Source: Azolla caroliniana (taxonomy: Eukaryota > Plantae > Polypodiophyta). From it: a stretch of DNA of 64,000 nt. The stretch spans positions 15,562,001 through 15,626,000 of the forward strand of contig JBHGNT010000004.1 in NCBI GenBank assembly GCA_043228905.1, given 5' to 3'. A model generated the notes under the pieces. It ran no database searches and was not told the DNA's origin. It worked only from the letters and a program-made list of their open reading frames with translations. This document shows, in pieces, positions 12,907-25,900 of this stretch. The translations under genes and the position numbers were made by a program. Within the stretch, counting starts at the first letter, position 1. Every line of letters begins with the position of its first letter.

Positions 12907-13781
12907 CATAGATTGACCCATGCATGATATTCTTGAGATTCAACATCCGTAATATTCGTTGTATTCGAGAATAGAAAATGGCCCTAAGAATATTATAAAA
13001 CCATTCGTTTACATATACATATACACACATACATACATACACATACATATATACACACATACACAAACATATATATACATATACACACACATACATAGAT
13101 ACATATATACACACATACATAGATACATATACACACACATACATAGATACATATACACACACATACATATATGTGTACACAGACATACATCAATAATTAA
13201 TTAACTCATTAATATAATAATTAATTTACTATTAACTAATTAATTCACTTAAACATTAATTGATTCACTAATACATTAATTAATTTACAAATACATATCT
13301 TAATTCATTAACACATTAATTAATTCATTGGAAAATATTAGTTAATTAATTAATAATCAATTAATGCATTAATAATTAATTAATTAGGGCTTTGGCAAAA
13401 CTTAGGGTTTTAGTGAAACTCTGAATTTGCAGCGGACAACAGGATGTAGGATTACATGAGAGGGAGTCGATGACGCAGGCTGAAAAGAAGAAATTTTGTT
13501 GAAATTAGGATTATGACAAAAATTAGGGTTTTCTGTCGAAACCCTAATTTTTGGCCGAGAACAGGATATAGAGGGAAGTGAGGGTGTAAGTAGCACACAG
13601 GGAGTAGGGTGAGGCGTCTTCGCTTCCTGTTGGCCACTGTTCACTTGCTCGTAAATAAAACACAATTTTATTTTTTTTATTTTTTTTTTAATTTCAAAAA
13701 AAAGAAGAAAACGAATATATTTACGTGTATTCGTATGGATTCGTGGGGCAGGCCCCACGAATGTGAATATTTCAATCTATG
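12907..13781. mobile_element. Non-autonomous hAT-superfamily element, 875 bp
   Basis: 10-bp TIR CATAGATTGA / TCAATCTATG and perfect 8-bp TSD GTACTAGG (12899-12906, 13782-13789). Interior is ACAT/ATAC and ATTA low-complexity sequence. Confidence 0.85.
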
Positions 13782-15169
13782 GTACTAGGTATAGAGAGTT
13801 ATCTTCATGCCAAGTCTAGATCATTTTAAGAATAAGAAAGGCTCCATTTGCAATAGTTTGAATTTTTAGCAACATATCTTCTCCGATGATGAAAAGCGAA
13901 TTGTTTTGGAAACCAAAGAACACTTGATGAATGTGAAAGGTTTAGGACCAATCTATAGGCTAGTAGCCTAATAGATGATATGCATGCGCTGGATATAAGT
14001 ATATGACACTTTAAAATAGACAATGCCCTTTGGATCAAGGAAAGTTTTCATCCAAAACATGTTCATGTGATGACGAAAAGTAAGCAATCCATTTTATGTC
14101 AGAATTGAGAGGGCACATTCCTTGATCCATGTTGAATCGAGTACAAACCCAAACACTTTTTTCTTGAATTCACAATGCGTACGTTTGTATAAAGTTGTGA
14201 CTCATTTATCTACAAACTAAATATAAGTGTGTTGAATCCGTTATGACGAATGCTTTCTCGAGTTAAAATACTTGGAGCAATGACAAAATAATAATTGTAT
14301 TTACGACTCACGAGGCATGTTAACAAAGTTGTGTGCATCGGTCTTGAGAAGTTGATATCATCAACAACGTAGAAAACTTTCTTTCTCATTCTCATTTTTA
14401 TATTTTGACCAAACCTCAAGAGTTTCAGTGTTTGATTCTAATTGGTTCAATTCTATAATCTATTGCTTTAATGGATTATAGCTTATATGTTGCCATCACA
14501 AGAACTATTGAATGTTATTATTGGTATGATGCAATTAGTGCAATTGAATGTTCCAAGGTAAATAAAAATAAGTGGCACTTGAATGTTCCCAACAATCTCC
14601 TCCCATTTTGAGGTTTGGAAAGGTCAAACATTGCAACAAAAAGTTCTAGGCTCTAGCCTTTGATACCCATGTAGATTGATATTTCAACAAATTATCCCAA
14701 CGCCCCAAAATTTGATATTGTAACATTCGTACGAATGTATACAACAATCAAACCACTTTATATTATGATAAACAACACATGCGTGAATTTTGCCCAATGA
14801 TTGTCTTGAGAAAAGCAAATCCTAAATATGAAACTTGGGTTTTGTTTTTGTTTATTACTTGCTATATGTGCTATATGTGTCACTACCAACAATGATGTTT
14901 GCATTGGCGCAAAGGATGCAAGTGTAATAACAAGATGAGTGGACACAAGAGGGTCTAGGGGATAGTGAATAGCAAGAAAGTTAAAAGCCTTGTGGCCACA
15001 CTAGTGTGAAAGGGGCCCAACACTTTGTAAAAGACTACAAAGGTCATTTTATGCCTTCATAGTTCTTTTTTTCATCCTTTAAGATTTAGACTACAGTTTT
15101 TTTCCCATAAATAGTAATGTATTCATTACCAAAGTCAATAGAATAGGCTAGAGATTTTCTCCTGTTTTT

Positions 15170-16200
15170 TCTTTTTTCTTTTCTCTTTTTCCTTTTAGTA
15201 AATAATGGCTTTCATTATGAAAGAAAAACATAGAGTCATGGTTAACTTACAAGTTACAACAATAACCCTTATAGGGATCCAAATACTACAACGACGACAA
15301 ACACAATCCTACCCTACACACCAATTCAAATGTCGAATATGATGATATGTGTGTGGCCTTGCAGAGTTCTCTCTCTTCATGGTTGAGATATCGTGACTTC
15401 TCTAGCATTGTCAATTGCCACAAAAGAAGTCCTTTCAACTTTACAACATATTTTCTCATCCCAACTTGTGAATTAAAAGTGAAGGTATTCCGCATATTCC
15501 AATTGAACCATAGCCCTCAATACCTCAAAAAATAAAAAATAATTTGGAAGTGAGGCATTGGTTCACTATTCTCCATATGTGCCTAATATGTTCCAATTCC
15601 ACCAAAACAAAAGAAACCCATCCCTTACCAATATTTCTTTTGTTTAATGCATCCCCCAATGGTAAAGCTCCGACTATAACTCTCCAAATGAATACCTTAG
15701 CTTGGAATATCAAACGAGAACACCAACCTGCCTTGATCGCATGAAACCACCAGGTAATGGGCTTACAAAAACCCCATATCTTTATAACCCTTTCTCTTCA
15801 TCCACTTATGTTTGTCAATCAACTTGTGATAAACATTGTTTGTTGATATCATAGTCAATCTCCTATTTCCACCAAATGTCCAATCAAACTCTTTAGATCC
15901 CCCATCTAAATTAGAAACTGGCTCATACAATGATAATAATCCGTGCAACTTATCCAAAATAAAGGTGTAATATTTTGGAATACAAATTGTTGATCTTGTT
16001 GTTCGAAAGATCATTAATCTTGATTGTGACACCAACTTCTAGACATCCATTAAATTGAACTTGGTTAAGAAGATATTTACTTTCCCATCTCAACGATATT
16101 GATGTCGCCAAAACCTCCATTTGTAATGAATTAGTACATCCCCTTTCTTGTGGAGGATGTCATTGCACAAAATCCAACATACTTTGCCAAGATGTCAACA
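15170..16200 (-). mobile_element. Degenerate LINE (L1-like) 3' remnant
   Basis: Minus-strand peptide AKVFIWRVIVGALPLGDALNKR resembles the zf-RVT region. T-rich tract at ~15160-15196 would be the A-rich tail. Boundaries approximate. Confidence 0.65.
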
Positions 16201-16714
16201 AATGATTAACTATCAGAGACCCTACACATTTGATATCCCAATAGCTTCAACCGTCATGTTTCCAAGTTGAGTTCTTGTATTCTCTATAAAGTATGCCGGC
16301 ATTTCCATCCAAGGTTGTATATCCTCAAACATAAATAACACGTTCGCGTTCACAAGTGGAAGGATTGCGCATTCCACTTGTAGAATCTTCTTGAAACTAT
16401 CCAAATATACCCTCTCTACAAAAATTGGATGCACTAGTATCACATGTTCCACAACTTGATTAGAATTTGCAAATATAAAAATACATGATAGGTCTACAAG
16501 TGGAGATCATTAGAAATCATGCAAGTTTGGATGTGTTGATAAGTTAATGTAGGCATAATAAAGTTCAACAATGTCTCAATATGTCACTAATGTGCGACAT
16601 GGGAAACACTAAGTTAAAGATTTATATTAATTTGGTAAGTTTTAGAAAAATACGAGGTGTACTTGTAACCATACTAATAAAATGAGTTATAATTTATACT
16701 TTGACCCATACTTG

Positions 16715-16991
16715 CATGTATATAATTGTGCACAATGTAGGATAGTGCACTTTAGGATAATATGATAGGAATAACTAACTTATTAAAGTATTTAATACTT
16801 GTATTTAAAGTTGATCTAATCTATTCCTCAATTTGTTCGTATGGGATCAAACCATATGTATATAATTGTGGATAATGTAAGACAATGAACTTTAGGATAA
16901 TGTGTTGGAAATAACAAACCTATTAAGGCTTTCATACTTGTATTTAAAATTGATCTAATCTATTCCTTAGGTGATTCACACGGGATCAAAC
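16715..16991. repeat. Diverged tandem duplication, ~139-bp unit x2, inside the DNA transposon
   Basis: ATGTATATAATTGTG...ACTTTAGGATAAT...TTGATCTAATCTATTCCT...GGGATCAAAC occurs twice. Confidence 0.8.
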
Positions 16992-19900
16992 TTTGAACGA
17001 TAACACTAGTGGAACTACAAGCGTATAAAAACATGCAGATAACGATAGTGGAACCATTATTAACACACTACACAATCTAAGTAGCAATGGAAGAGAAACA
17101 TAATAGTTTTAACAATAGAAGACAAAGATCCATAATAACAACATGGACAATCATGGCAACAATTCTACGACCATGTTATTTTAAGGTAAACTTTGACTAA
17201 AATCAGCCTCAATTTAAACTAATTCATGTTTCTCCATAAATTTGGTAGTCAGCAATGCACATGGTGAAACCAATGTCATAAGTATACTAACCAAGTATAT
17301 AAAAATAAAATTGAAACATATAGAAGATTATAAAGAATAGAATCCACCAAATAAAACCCAACATTTGTATAAATAATGTGAATTCCAAACAATACATTTC
17401 GCATTTTTAAAAGAGTCTATTACATAGCAAGCAAATCGTCAATGTCATTTTCTTCATCATCCTGTATAGAATTCTCTTCGCCATATTGAGTTCCTGTTTA
17501 AAGTTTGTGTTTTATACAGGAACTTGATACGGCGTATCGAGTTCCTGAGTGCTAAAACATATTTACAAAAATGTCCATAGTGTCAGAGGCTTACCTGGAG
17601 TCCTGGCGCTCGATTTTCTTTGAAGACATGGTTGATCTTGTCGATGTTTAGGTGGAGATCTCACTTTGGTGCTTCGTGCTCTGTGTGCTTTGTTTGCTCT
17701 ACGTTCTCTTGTGCTTTGTTCTACGCGTGTGCTTTGTGTGATTGAAATATGAGGTCTTCCTATTTATAGGGATTGACCACAACGGTTAAAGTAACCACAA
17801 TCACTTCAACTAGGGTTGGCAAGCTTGAGGTTAGTTAGTTAGTAACCACATTAACTTTAACTAGAGTTACTTATGAATGCATCAATGATTAAATAGTCAA
17901 ACTAACATATTGATGATTATTTTATAGTCAAACTAACATACAATGACTTTGAAGGTCATGAAGGAAACAATGATAGAGGTTCATGAATGAACCAATGATT
18001 GATTACTCAAAGCAACATTTTTATGACTCTTAATTGCTTTGTATTAAAGATGTGGCCATGAAAGAACCAATGATTGAAATGTCTTATATTTAAAATGGTG
18101 GGCATGAATGGACCAATGATTGAGAAGTTCTATATTAAATATGGGTGCCATTAATTAACCAATGATTTTAACTTTAAACCAACATATATATGGCTTGGTA
18201 ATGATTGTAATTATATTATACTTGATTAAACTTTATACAGACTAGTTTAAGTAATTATTAACATGTTGAATATAATTATTATATTAAAAATAATTTCTTT
18301 ATGTATTGTATTAATATAATATTAAATAATATAGACATTATATTGAGGGAGCTTCTATTTAGAGAGGAGTTTATGTTTTGAGAGGAGGATATGTTTTGAG
18401 AGGAGCTTATCAGTTTTTTATGTTAGCCTAAGCACATAACTTAAAGAGCTCTGTGTGGACCTTAAGCCATGAGTGAAGACTCACCCTCACCGTTCTCGAT
18501 TGAAGAATATTGATTGTCATCAGACTCTTCGTTTTCTACCGAAGAGTATTGTTTGTCGACAGACTCACCATTTTCTACTGAAGAATATTGTTTGTCGATA
18601 GACTCACCATATTCTATCGAAGAATATTGTCTGAGCTCATCTTCACCTACAACGAATGTGAATAATGACACATGTGAAGAGTTCTCTATTGAAGAATACG
18701 ATATTAATAAAGATACGGAGAATGAAGGTAGTGCCAATGAAACATCAAATATCATGGGCGATGGTAACAACAAAGAATTGGATCGTAACAAGGTTATGCC
18801 AACTTCTATGCAGGAAGAGAAATCTGGAAGCCCTATGCATATTACAAGAATCCCACGAAGAATTCGTCTAGCTAGATTTAACTTGGTGACATCAGATAAA
18901 CAGATTGGATTTGATGTCAAAAAAATATGTTGTGCCCGTGGTTGTATGTCTATGATTGGAAAATCAAAGTTGCGAGAATTAAGACGATACTATTTTTCGA
19001 TGACTGGTGATGATCAAGACACTTACCTCGGGTCACATATGCAACTAGTGTTTGACAAATGTACGGGGATCAAACTATCATTCGAGTATTATATCTTCCA
19101 TGCGCAACAGATATGTAGAGTTGCATTCAAAATTGCGTTATGTGTTAGTAACATGCGGCTACATAGAGTACACCAACATCTACTTAGTGGGGATCAGATG
19201 CTCAATTGTAAAGAGGTTCCAAGTATGAAAGGTGCAATTGGAAGACATGCTATTGGTTGGATGAAAACTTACTTTCAATTAAATTGTGAAGTAAGGCCCA
19301 CTACAGGTAGGATGCACCTCTCTGATAATTACACACGTCGGGAAGTTTATGATGTCTATCGATCTGATATGGTGGGCTCACGTAATAAGTTTGTCACATA
19401 TAGCCAATTCACAAGATTATGGAGAGCTCGGTTTTCAAATGTTATCATTCCACATAAAGTACGCATGGGGTATTGCTCCATTTGTGCAAATCTTAAAAGT
19501 TTGGCTAAAGGTGCAAAGACATCAATGGAAAAGGATATGAGTAAGAAGTTACTACAGGAGCATCGTGAGGCACAATCGTTAGAACGAAAGAAGGCGATGC
19601 ATCATAGAGAGAAGTGTTTGAAGAGGCCCACACAATACATGTGCTTAATGATAGATGGTATGGACCAGAAGAAGACGTGCTTGCCGCAAATGCGGAGGCT
19701 CCCCAAAGACGTCAATGATGAGTGCCTTGTTCAAATGCACTTGGTGGGATGCTTGGCTTATAATAGGTCAGTTGGACCTCACGTCTTCATTACATAACCC
19801 AATGTTCATAGTGACCCTAACCTAACAGTTACAATGATTCACCGAGTTTTGACGTCTTGGGGCCAACCATTCCCCCTTGTTCTATACATTCAATTGGACA

Positions 19901-22900
19901 ATACTGCTAGAGAGAACAAAAATTCAACCGTGTTTGGCTATCTAAGTATGTTGGTCAACCAAGGATTGTTTAGAAACGTGAAAGTCAATTTTCTTTTGGT
20001 TGGCCACACACATGATCATATAGATCAGATGTTTAGCACATTCTCCAAACAGTTGTCTCGGCATGATGCTTTCACATTACCTAAACTATTTGATGTCATT
20101 TGTGATGCATATACACCACGCCCAAAAGTGTTACACTTGAAGGAGGTATATGACTTTAAGAGATATATATTAGATGGGGGTGTTGGGAATGATAAAGTGC
20201 TTGCCCAGTTAAACAATATAAGCTTCAATCACATTTTTATGATAAAGAAAAATGAAATAAGTGGTTCTACGCTTTTGTATGCTAAACAATATTCATCTTA
20301 TACAACATGGGAACCTGAAGGTGGTTGCCAGTTATTACTTTGTATGCCGAGTACAATTGTCCATGGGGCTAAACAAATGCCGATTGAGAAGAAAGGACAG
20401 TTGCATAGTGACTTGGTATCGGAACAAAAATGGTTATGGCTCCAAGCCTTAGAAGAAAAAAGAAAGCATATTGAGGCCGCCAAGAAATATGCCGCACAAC
20501 AAGACACGTCATGGTGGGATGTATTTTTTAGTGATTAGAAAGGAATTATAGACAATTGTGTATTTGGTGATAATTGGAATTTGGAAACGCCATTCACATG
20601 GTCCCTACAAGATGATTGTGTAAATAAAACTCCGGAGCAACCAAAAAATGCAATTAATGGCAGTTTGGTCCATCCACAACAAAGAGATATTTATGTGGGA
20701 CCAAGGATGACCAAAGCAGCCGAAGCTAGATGGCAATGCAATTTGCAAGAGCTTGTGGCGGGGATGTTGATTGCAACGCTAGTTGATGAGAACTCACATG
20801 GCCACCAATTTTGGGTAGGTAAAATTCTAGAAGTGCCAATGCATGAAATAGAAAACACTATCAAGTCTATAAACGTTCATTGGTACAACACTAGAAGTGC
20901 AAATGCTTTTACAGGTAAGTATACATTGGAGATGATTGAATGCCCAACAACAAGGAGAGGTAGGAAGAGGAAGCAAAACATTCGTAACACCTCGACCCTT
21001 GATATCTCTGATGTGGATATCATCGTGTACGACTTCACGCTTACAAAAGTTGGACGATTAAGGAAGTCAACAATAGATATAATAAAAGAAAAATTACCAA
21101 GTCTACAAGCTGGCTTGAGTAGAAGGAAAACGAGATTTGTTACATATAATCTAGAGTCAAACCATTTGATTTATGACGAAGATAATTGTTGAGAGACAAG
21201 CTCAACATCGGCCGGATCGGCTGAAGAAGCCGAGGACCGGATCGGTTGGGACCGATCGGTTAGGCCGAGTGCGTAAACCGGTACGCAGACCGGTGTGTAG
21301 GTAGGGCCGGATCGGTGCGGAAACCGGGAGGCTGTTAGGAAAGATATTCCGTGAGGAATACATTTGGGAGTTAGTGTAGGAGCTCTTAATGAGCATTGAA
21401 GTACTGTCAGTACTTCTATCAGTCCTTCTAGGACTTGTATAAAAGTGTTCATTGAACACACATATGTATAGAGTCGTGAATAGAGGTTGAATATAGTTCT
21501 TGTGTTTTCTCTCTCTCACTCCCTCTGTCTCTCCCGCGTATACTGCGTAAGCTCAAGCTCTCCATTAAACCTGAGTTTTGTTCCTTCTGTTCGGTCTTCA
21601 CACTTGCTTCCGCACGCTACTTTTTACATGGTATCAGAGCGCGAGGGTTGAGAACCTCTTTGCAGCCGACACAACTTGACGAAGAAGAACAAGAAGAACG
21701 ATGGATAGAGGCATGGCGAGCTCGCTTCCAACAAAGAAGCTCGACAGAACCAACTACGCGTCTTGGTCCTACAAGATGCACTAGTACCTGCTCGGGCACG
21801 GCTACTGGAGTTATGTCGAAGGAGCTAATGATGCGGCACCCGAATCGACACACAGAGACTTCCCGTCGTGGGAGCAATCGGCGAGCAGGGTATTATACTG
21901 CTTCGCGTCGTGTGTGGGGGAACAACTATTGAGCTATGTTCGAGATTCAAAGACGCTGAAGGGTGCTTGGGAAAATCTGAAGAAGATTTTCGCCGCGAGC
22001 ACCACAGCAAGGAAGCTTCAACTCCGACAGGAGTTGAGCAACCTACGACAACGCGACTTGTCGGTGGTGGACTATACCTCGAAGATCAAGGATATCTGCG
22101 ACTCCCTCGCCTCCATAGAGGTGAACATCGAGGAGAGTGAGATGGTCCAGATCTGTCTTTGAGGTTTGGCGTCAAAGTTCGGGGCGTTCCGAATGGCTGT
22201 GTACCCGGGAGAATACGCCGTCCTTTTTCAACTTACAGTCAATGCTCCTGGTAGAGGAGAACCACGCGGGTGCGTCTACAAGCACGCACACCGACAACAG
22301 AATGCTGTACACGGAGGGAGATTGGCCCCGTGGACGTGGAGGACGAGGCGAGTCGGCGCGCAATGGAGACGGCCGACGAGATCAAGGAAGAAGGCACTGA
22401 AGTGATGCCGACAGCAACTCTGGACCCTCCGGAAACAGGGGGAGTCGAAGCGATGAGAACTGGCAAGGGAAGGCCATCGCGGAGTGCTGGTACTGTGGCA
22501 AGAAAGGCCACAGGGAAAGTGAGTGCTGGAAGAAGCGCACCGATTCGGAGAGAACCGGTTCCGGAAACGGCTCCGGACATGCCGACAAGGGAAACTGGCA
22601 GCAATCGCATTACGCCGAAGACTCCGGGAGAGCCGGAGAAGGGTCTGCCTTCGTGACGAGACACGAAGCAAACTCAATAAAAAAAACCACCCCAAGATCG
22701 GACGAGGTGTGGTACGTAGACTCCGGCGCGTCAAACCACATGACGGGCCATAAGGAGTGGTTCTCGTACCTTGAAAAACCGATACAACCTGGAGTAGTCG
22801 CAATTGGAGACGACACTCCGTATCCGATCGCGAATGTCGAAGAAGTTCCCATTAGCCATGTCGGGCAGAAAGGGAAACTCATGAACGTGCTGCACGTTCC

Positions 22901-25900
22901 GACAATCACGAAGAACTTGGTCTCGGTCAGACAGATCGTCGATCAAGGGATGGAGGTTCGGTTCACACACCTCGGGTGCTTCATTGAGGAAGAAGGCCGT
23001 GTGATTGCGCAAGGGCGCAGAGACGGGAGGATGTTCATCCTCGACTCCACTGACGGCGGCACCGCAATGTTCGCGAAGGGACAAAAATCCGAGTCGGACA
23101 TCGACTTGTGGCACAAGCGGATAGGACACGTCAACTATCAGCGGCTTCAAGATCTGCAATCGAAACAGGTAGTGTTCGGATTGCCCAAATTTAGTGGCCG
23201 AAAGGCACAAATTTGTGAAGTCTGCCAGCTCAGGAAGCAACACCGACTTCCTTTCCCCAACGAGCGAAACCGGAGCCGGAACAAGCTTGACCTTATACAC
23301 TCCGATGTATGGGGGCCAGCACAAAATGTTAGTCTTGGCAGGAGCCGATATTTCGTCTCCTTCATCGACCACCACACGCGGCACACGTGGATCTACCTCA
23401 TTGAGAGGAAGAGCGAAGTCTTCGACTGTTTCTGGGACCTCAAAGGGTTCGTGGAAACGGAAACGGGATGAAAGATCAAGTGCCTGCGGTCGGATGGCGG
23501 GAAAGAGTACTTTTCTGGTCAATTCAACGGTTATCTACAACAAATGGGAATTCGGCGCGAATTCAGTTGTAGATACATCCCGGAGCAGAACGGCGTGGCC
23601 GAGAGGAAGAATCGGTCAGTTGTGGAAGCGGCACGGGCCATGCTGGAGGAGAAGAGCTTGCCCAAGTTCTACTGGGCCGAGGCAGTAAGGACCGCGGTAT
23701 ACATCCAGAACCGGATCGGAGACAAGGTGTCGGCGCACGAGCTATATTTCGGAACGAAGCCGAACTTGCGACACTTGAGGGTGTTCGGTAGCATTGCGTA
23801 TGTACATGTACCGAAGGAGAAAAGGAGGAAGCTGGACGCAAAGGCCGAGAAATGCATCTTGGTTGGTTACTCGGACGAGCAGAAGGGTTATAAGTGCTAT
23901 AACCCTCGCACCAAACAAGCGCGTGTTAGCCGCGACGTTGTGTTTGACGAGTCTGCGTTCTGGTACCAGCCCCCGACTCTGAACCCCGACTCCAATTCGA
24001 GTTTTGACGATGAGGTCAGCAAGGTCGAGGTGACTCCGGAGGAGCCCGAAATCGACACCCGCGAAGAGAGTCCGATTTCACTCCGCTTAAGTGGACCAAT
24101 TGGACGACTGAGTCGGTACGACCAGTCCGATGAAGTGCCGGCGAGTAGTGGAGACTCGGCCGTGCATTCCCCGCGTAGGAAGCCGAGGAGACGGCTTACG
24201 CGCAAAGAGAAAGGGAAGAAGAAGGTGTCGGATTTCGGCACGGATAGGAACGAGTCAGACCGACGTGAGTCCGACTCCGAGGGAACCGGTGACGGGACTT
24301 TAAAGGTGAAGTCCGCGTCGACCGAGAAGGCCTCGACATCGGCTGGTGTGAGATTACGCTGATCTACCCGCCAGAAGAACCCTGTTTTGCGGTTCGGGTA
24401 CAATGAGTACATGGCGCATCATTATGCGTACATGACCTGTATAGTGGAAGTGCGTGAGCCGGAGAGCTACGTAGAAGTGGCGAAGGACGTGAATTGGAGC
24501 GCCGCGATGGAGGAAGAGATGCACGCATTGGCGGAGAACGAGACCTGGGACCTGGTTGACGCACCGAAGGGTGTGAAGCCAATCGGGTGTAGGTGGGTGT
24601 ACAAGGTCAAGTACAACACCGATGGCTTGGTCAAACGGTACAAGGCTCGGCTAGTGGCAAAGGGCTATGCGCAGAAACACGACATCGACTACGATGAGAC
24701 GTTTGCGCCGGTCGCGAAAATGACGACCGTTCGTGTTTTGCTCGCAGTAGCTGCGGTGAAGGGGTGGCACTTACATCAGATGGATGTAAAGAATGCGTTC
24801 CCGCAAGGTGACCTTGAGGAACAGGTGTACATGGTACAGCCCCCCGGATTTCACTCTAGAACGAACTCCTCGATAGTATGCCGACTGAAGAAGCCCCTTT
24901 ACGGACTGAAGCAAGCCCCCCGTGCCTGGAACGCGAAGATCACGCAACAACTGCGTCGGATGGGCTTCGTCACGTCAAAATCGGACTCTTCCCTGTTCAT
25001 CCGGCAAGGTCGACTCGGACCGGTTAGTATTTTACTATATGTTGATGACTTGGTCATCACCGGCGCCGACCTAGGTGAATCGACCGCATGAAGCTCCAGC
25101 TTGCGGCATCGTTTGACATGAAGGATCTGGGGGACCTTCGTTACTTACTCGGGATCGAAGTGATCTGTACCCCGGAAGGCATATTGATCAGCCAACATCA
25201 TTACGTGCTGAGTATGCTCTTCAAATTCGGGATGGCCGACTGTAAGTCCGTCTCGACTCCTCTGGAGGGAACCGTTAAGCTTCATCCCGATACGGGCAAG
25301 GTATGCGACCCGACGAGGTTCCGACAAATTGTCGGAAGGCTCATATACTTGACCATCACCCAACCCGACCTCAGTTATCCAGTCGGAGTGATCAGTCAGT
25401 TCATGGCGCGACCTACCGAGGAGCACCTTCAGTGTGCGCAACGCATACTTCGGTATGTCAACGACACTAAGGACCGGGGACTACTATATCGGACCGGTGC
25501 AGCCGCGCAGCTACTCGGCTACACCGATGCTAATTGGGCTGGAAACGCCGCCGATCGCCGATCCACGTCCGGATACGCGTTCTCCCTCGGGAGTGCCGCG
25601 ATCGCATGGAGCAGTAAGAAGCAGCCGACAGTTGCGTTGTTGTTACCGGCCGGCAAAGGAGTCTAGAGTGGGAAACGGAGAGCTAATTAAGTAGTAGGAA
25701 TGTGGTTGTAATTAAGCTATGAGTGTGGACGGACGGACCGGAATCGGTATGCCGTTCCGGATCCAGACCAATCCCGAACAGGTGCGGATGGCACCGTTTT
25801 GTAATACAGACCGGAAACCTATTTAAAGGCCCGGATACAATGTAATAGTTAGTGGTTAATTAATGAAAGCTTAAACGTTGTTATATCTCTGTGTTAATTG

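Noticed and set aside
12902-13204. ORFs rich in Y/V/C/H/T
   Set aside because: Translations of microsatellite sequence.
13739-13788. Helitron 3' end (GC hairpin followed by CTAG)
   Set aside because: The CTAG belongs to the 8-bp TSD of the hAT-type element, is ~22 nt from the hairpin and is not followed by T.
14575-14690. TRIM-like arrangement (reverse PPT-like and PBS-like motifs ~70 bp apart)
   Set aside because: No matching terminal repeats or TSD found.
18484-18639. CRISPR-like array (also 12387-12505 and 52870-53012)
   Set aside because: Contiguous tandem units without unique spacers, no cas genes, eukaryotic context.
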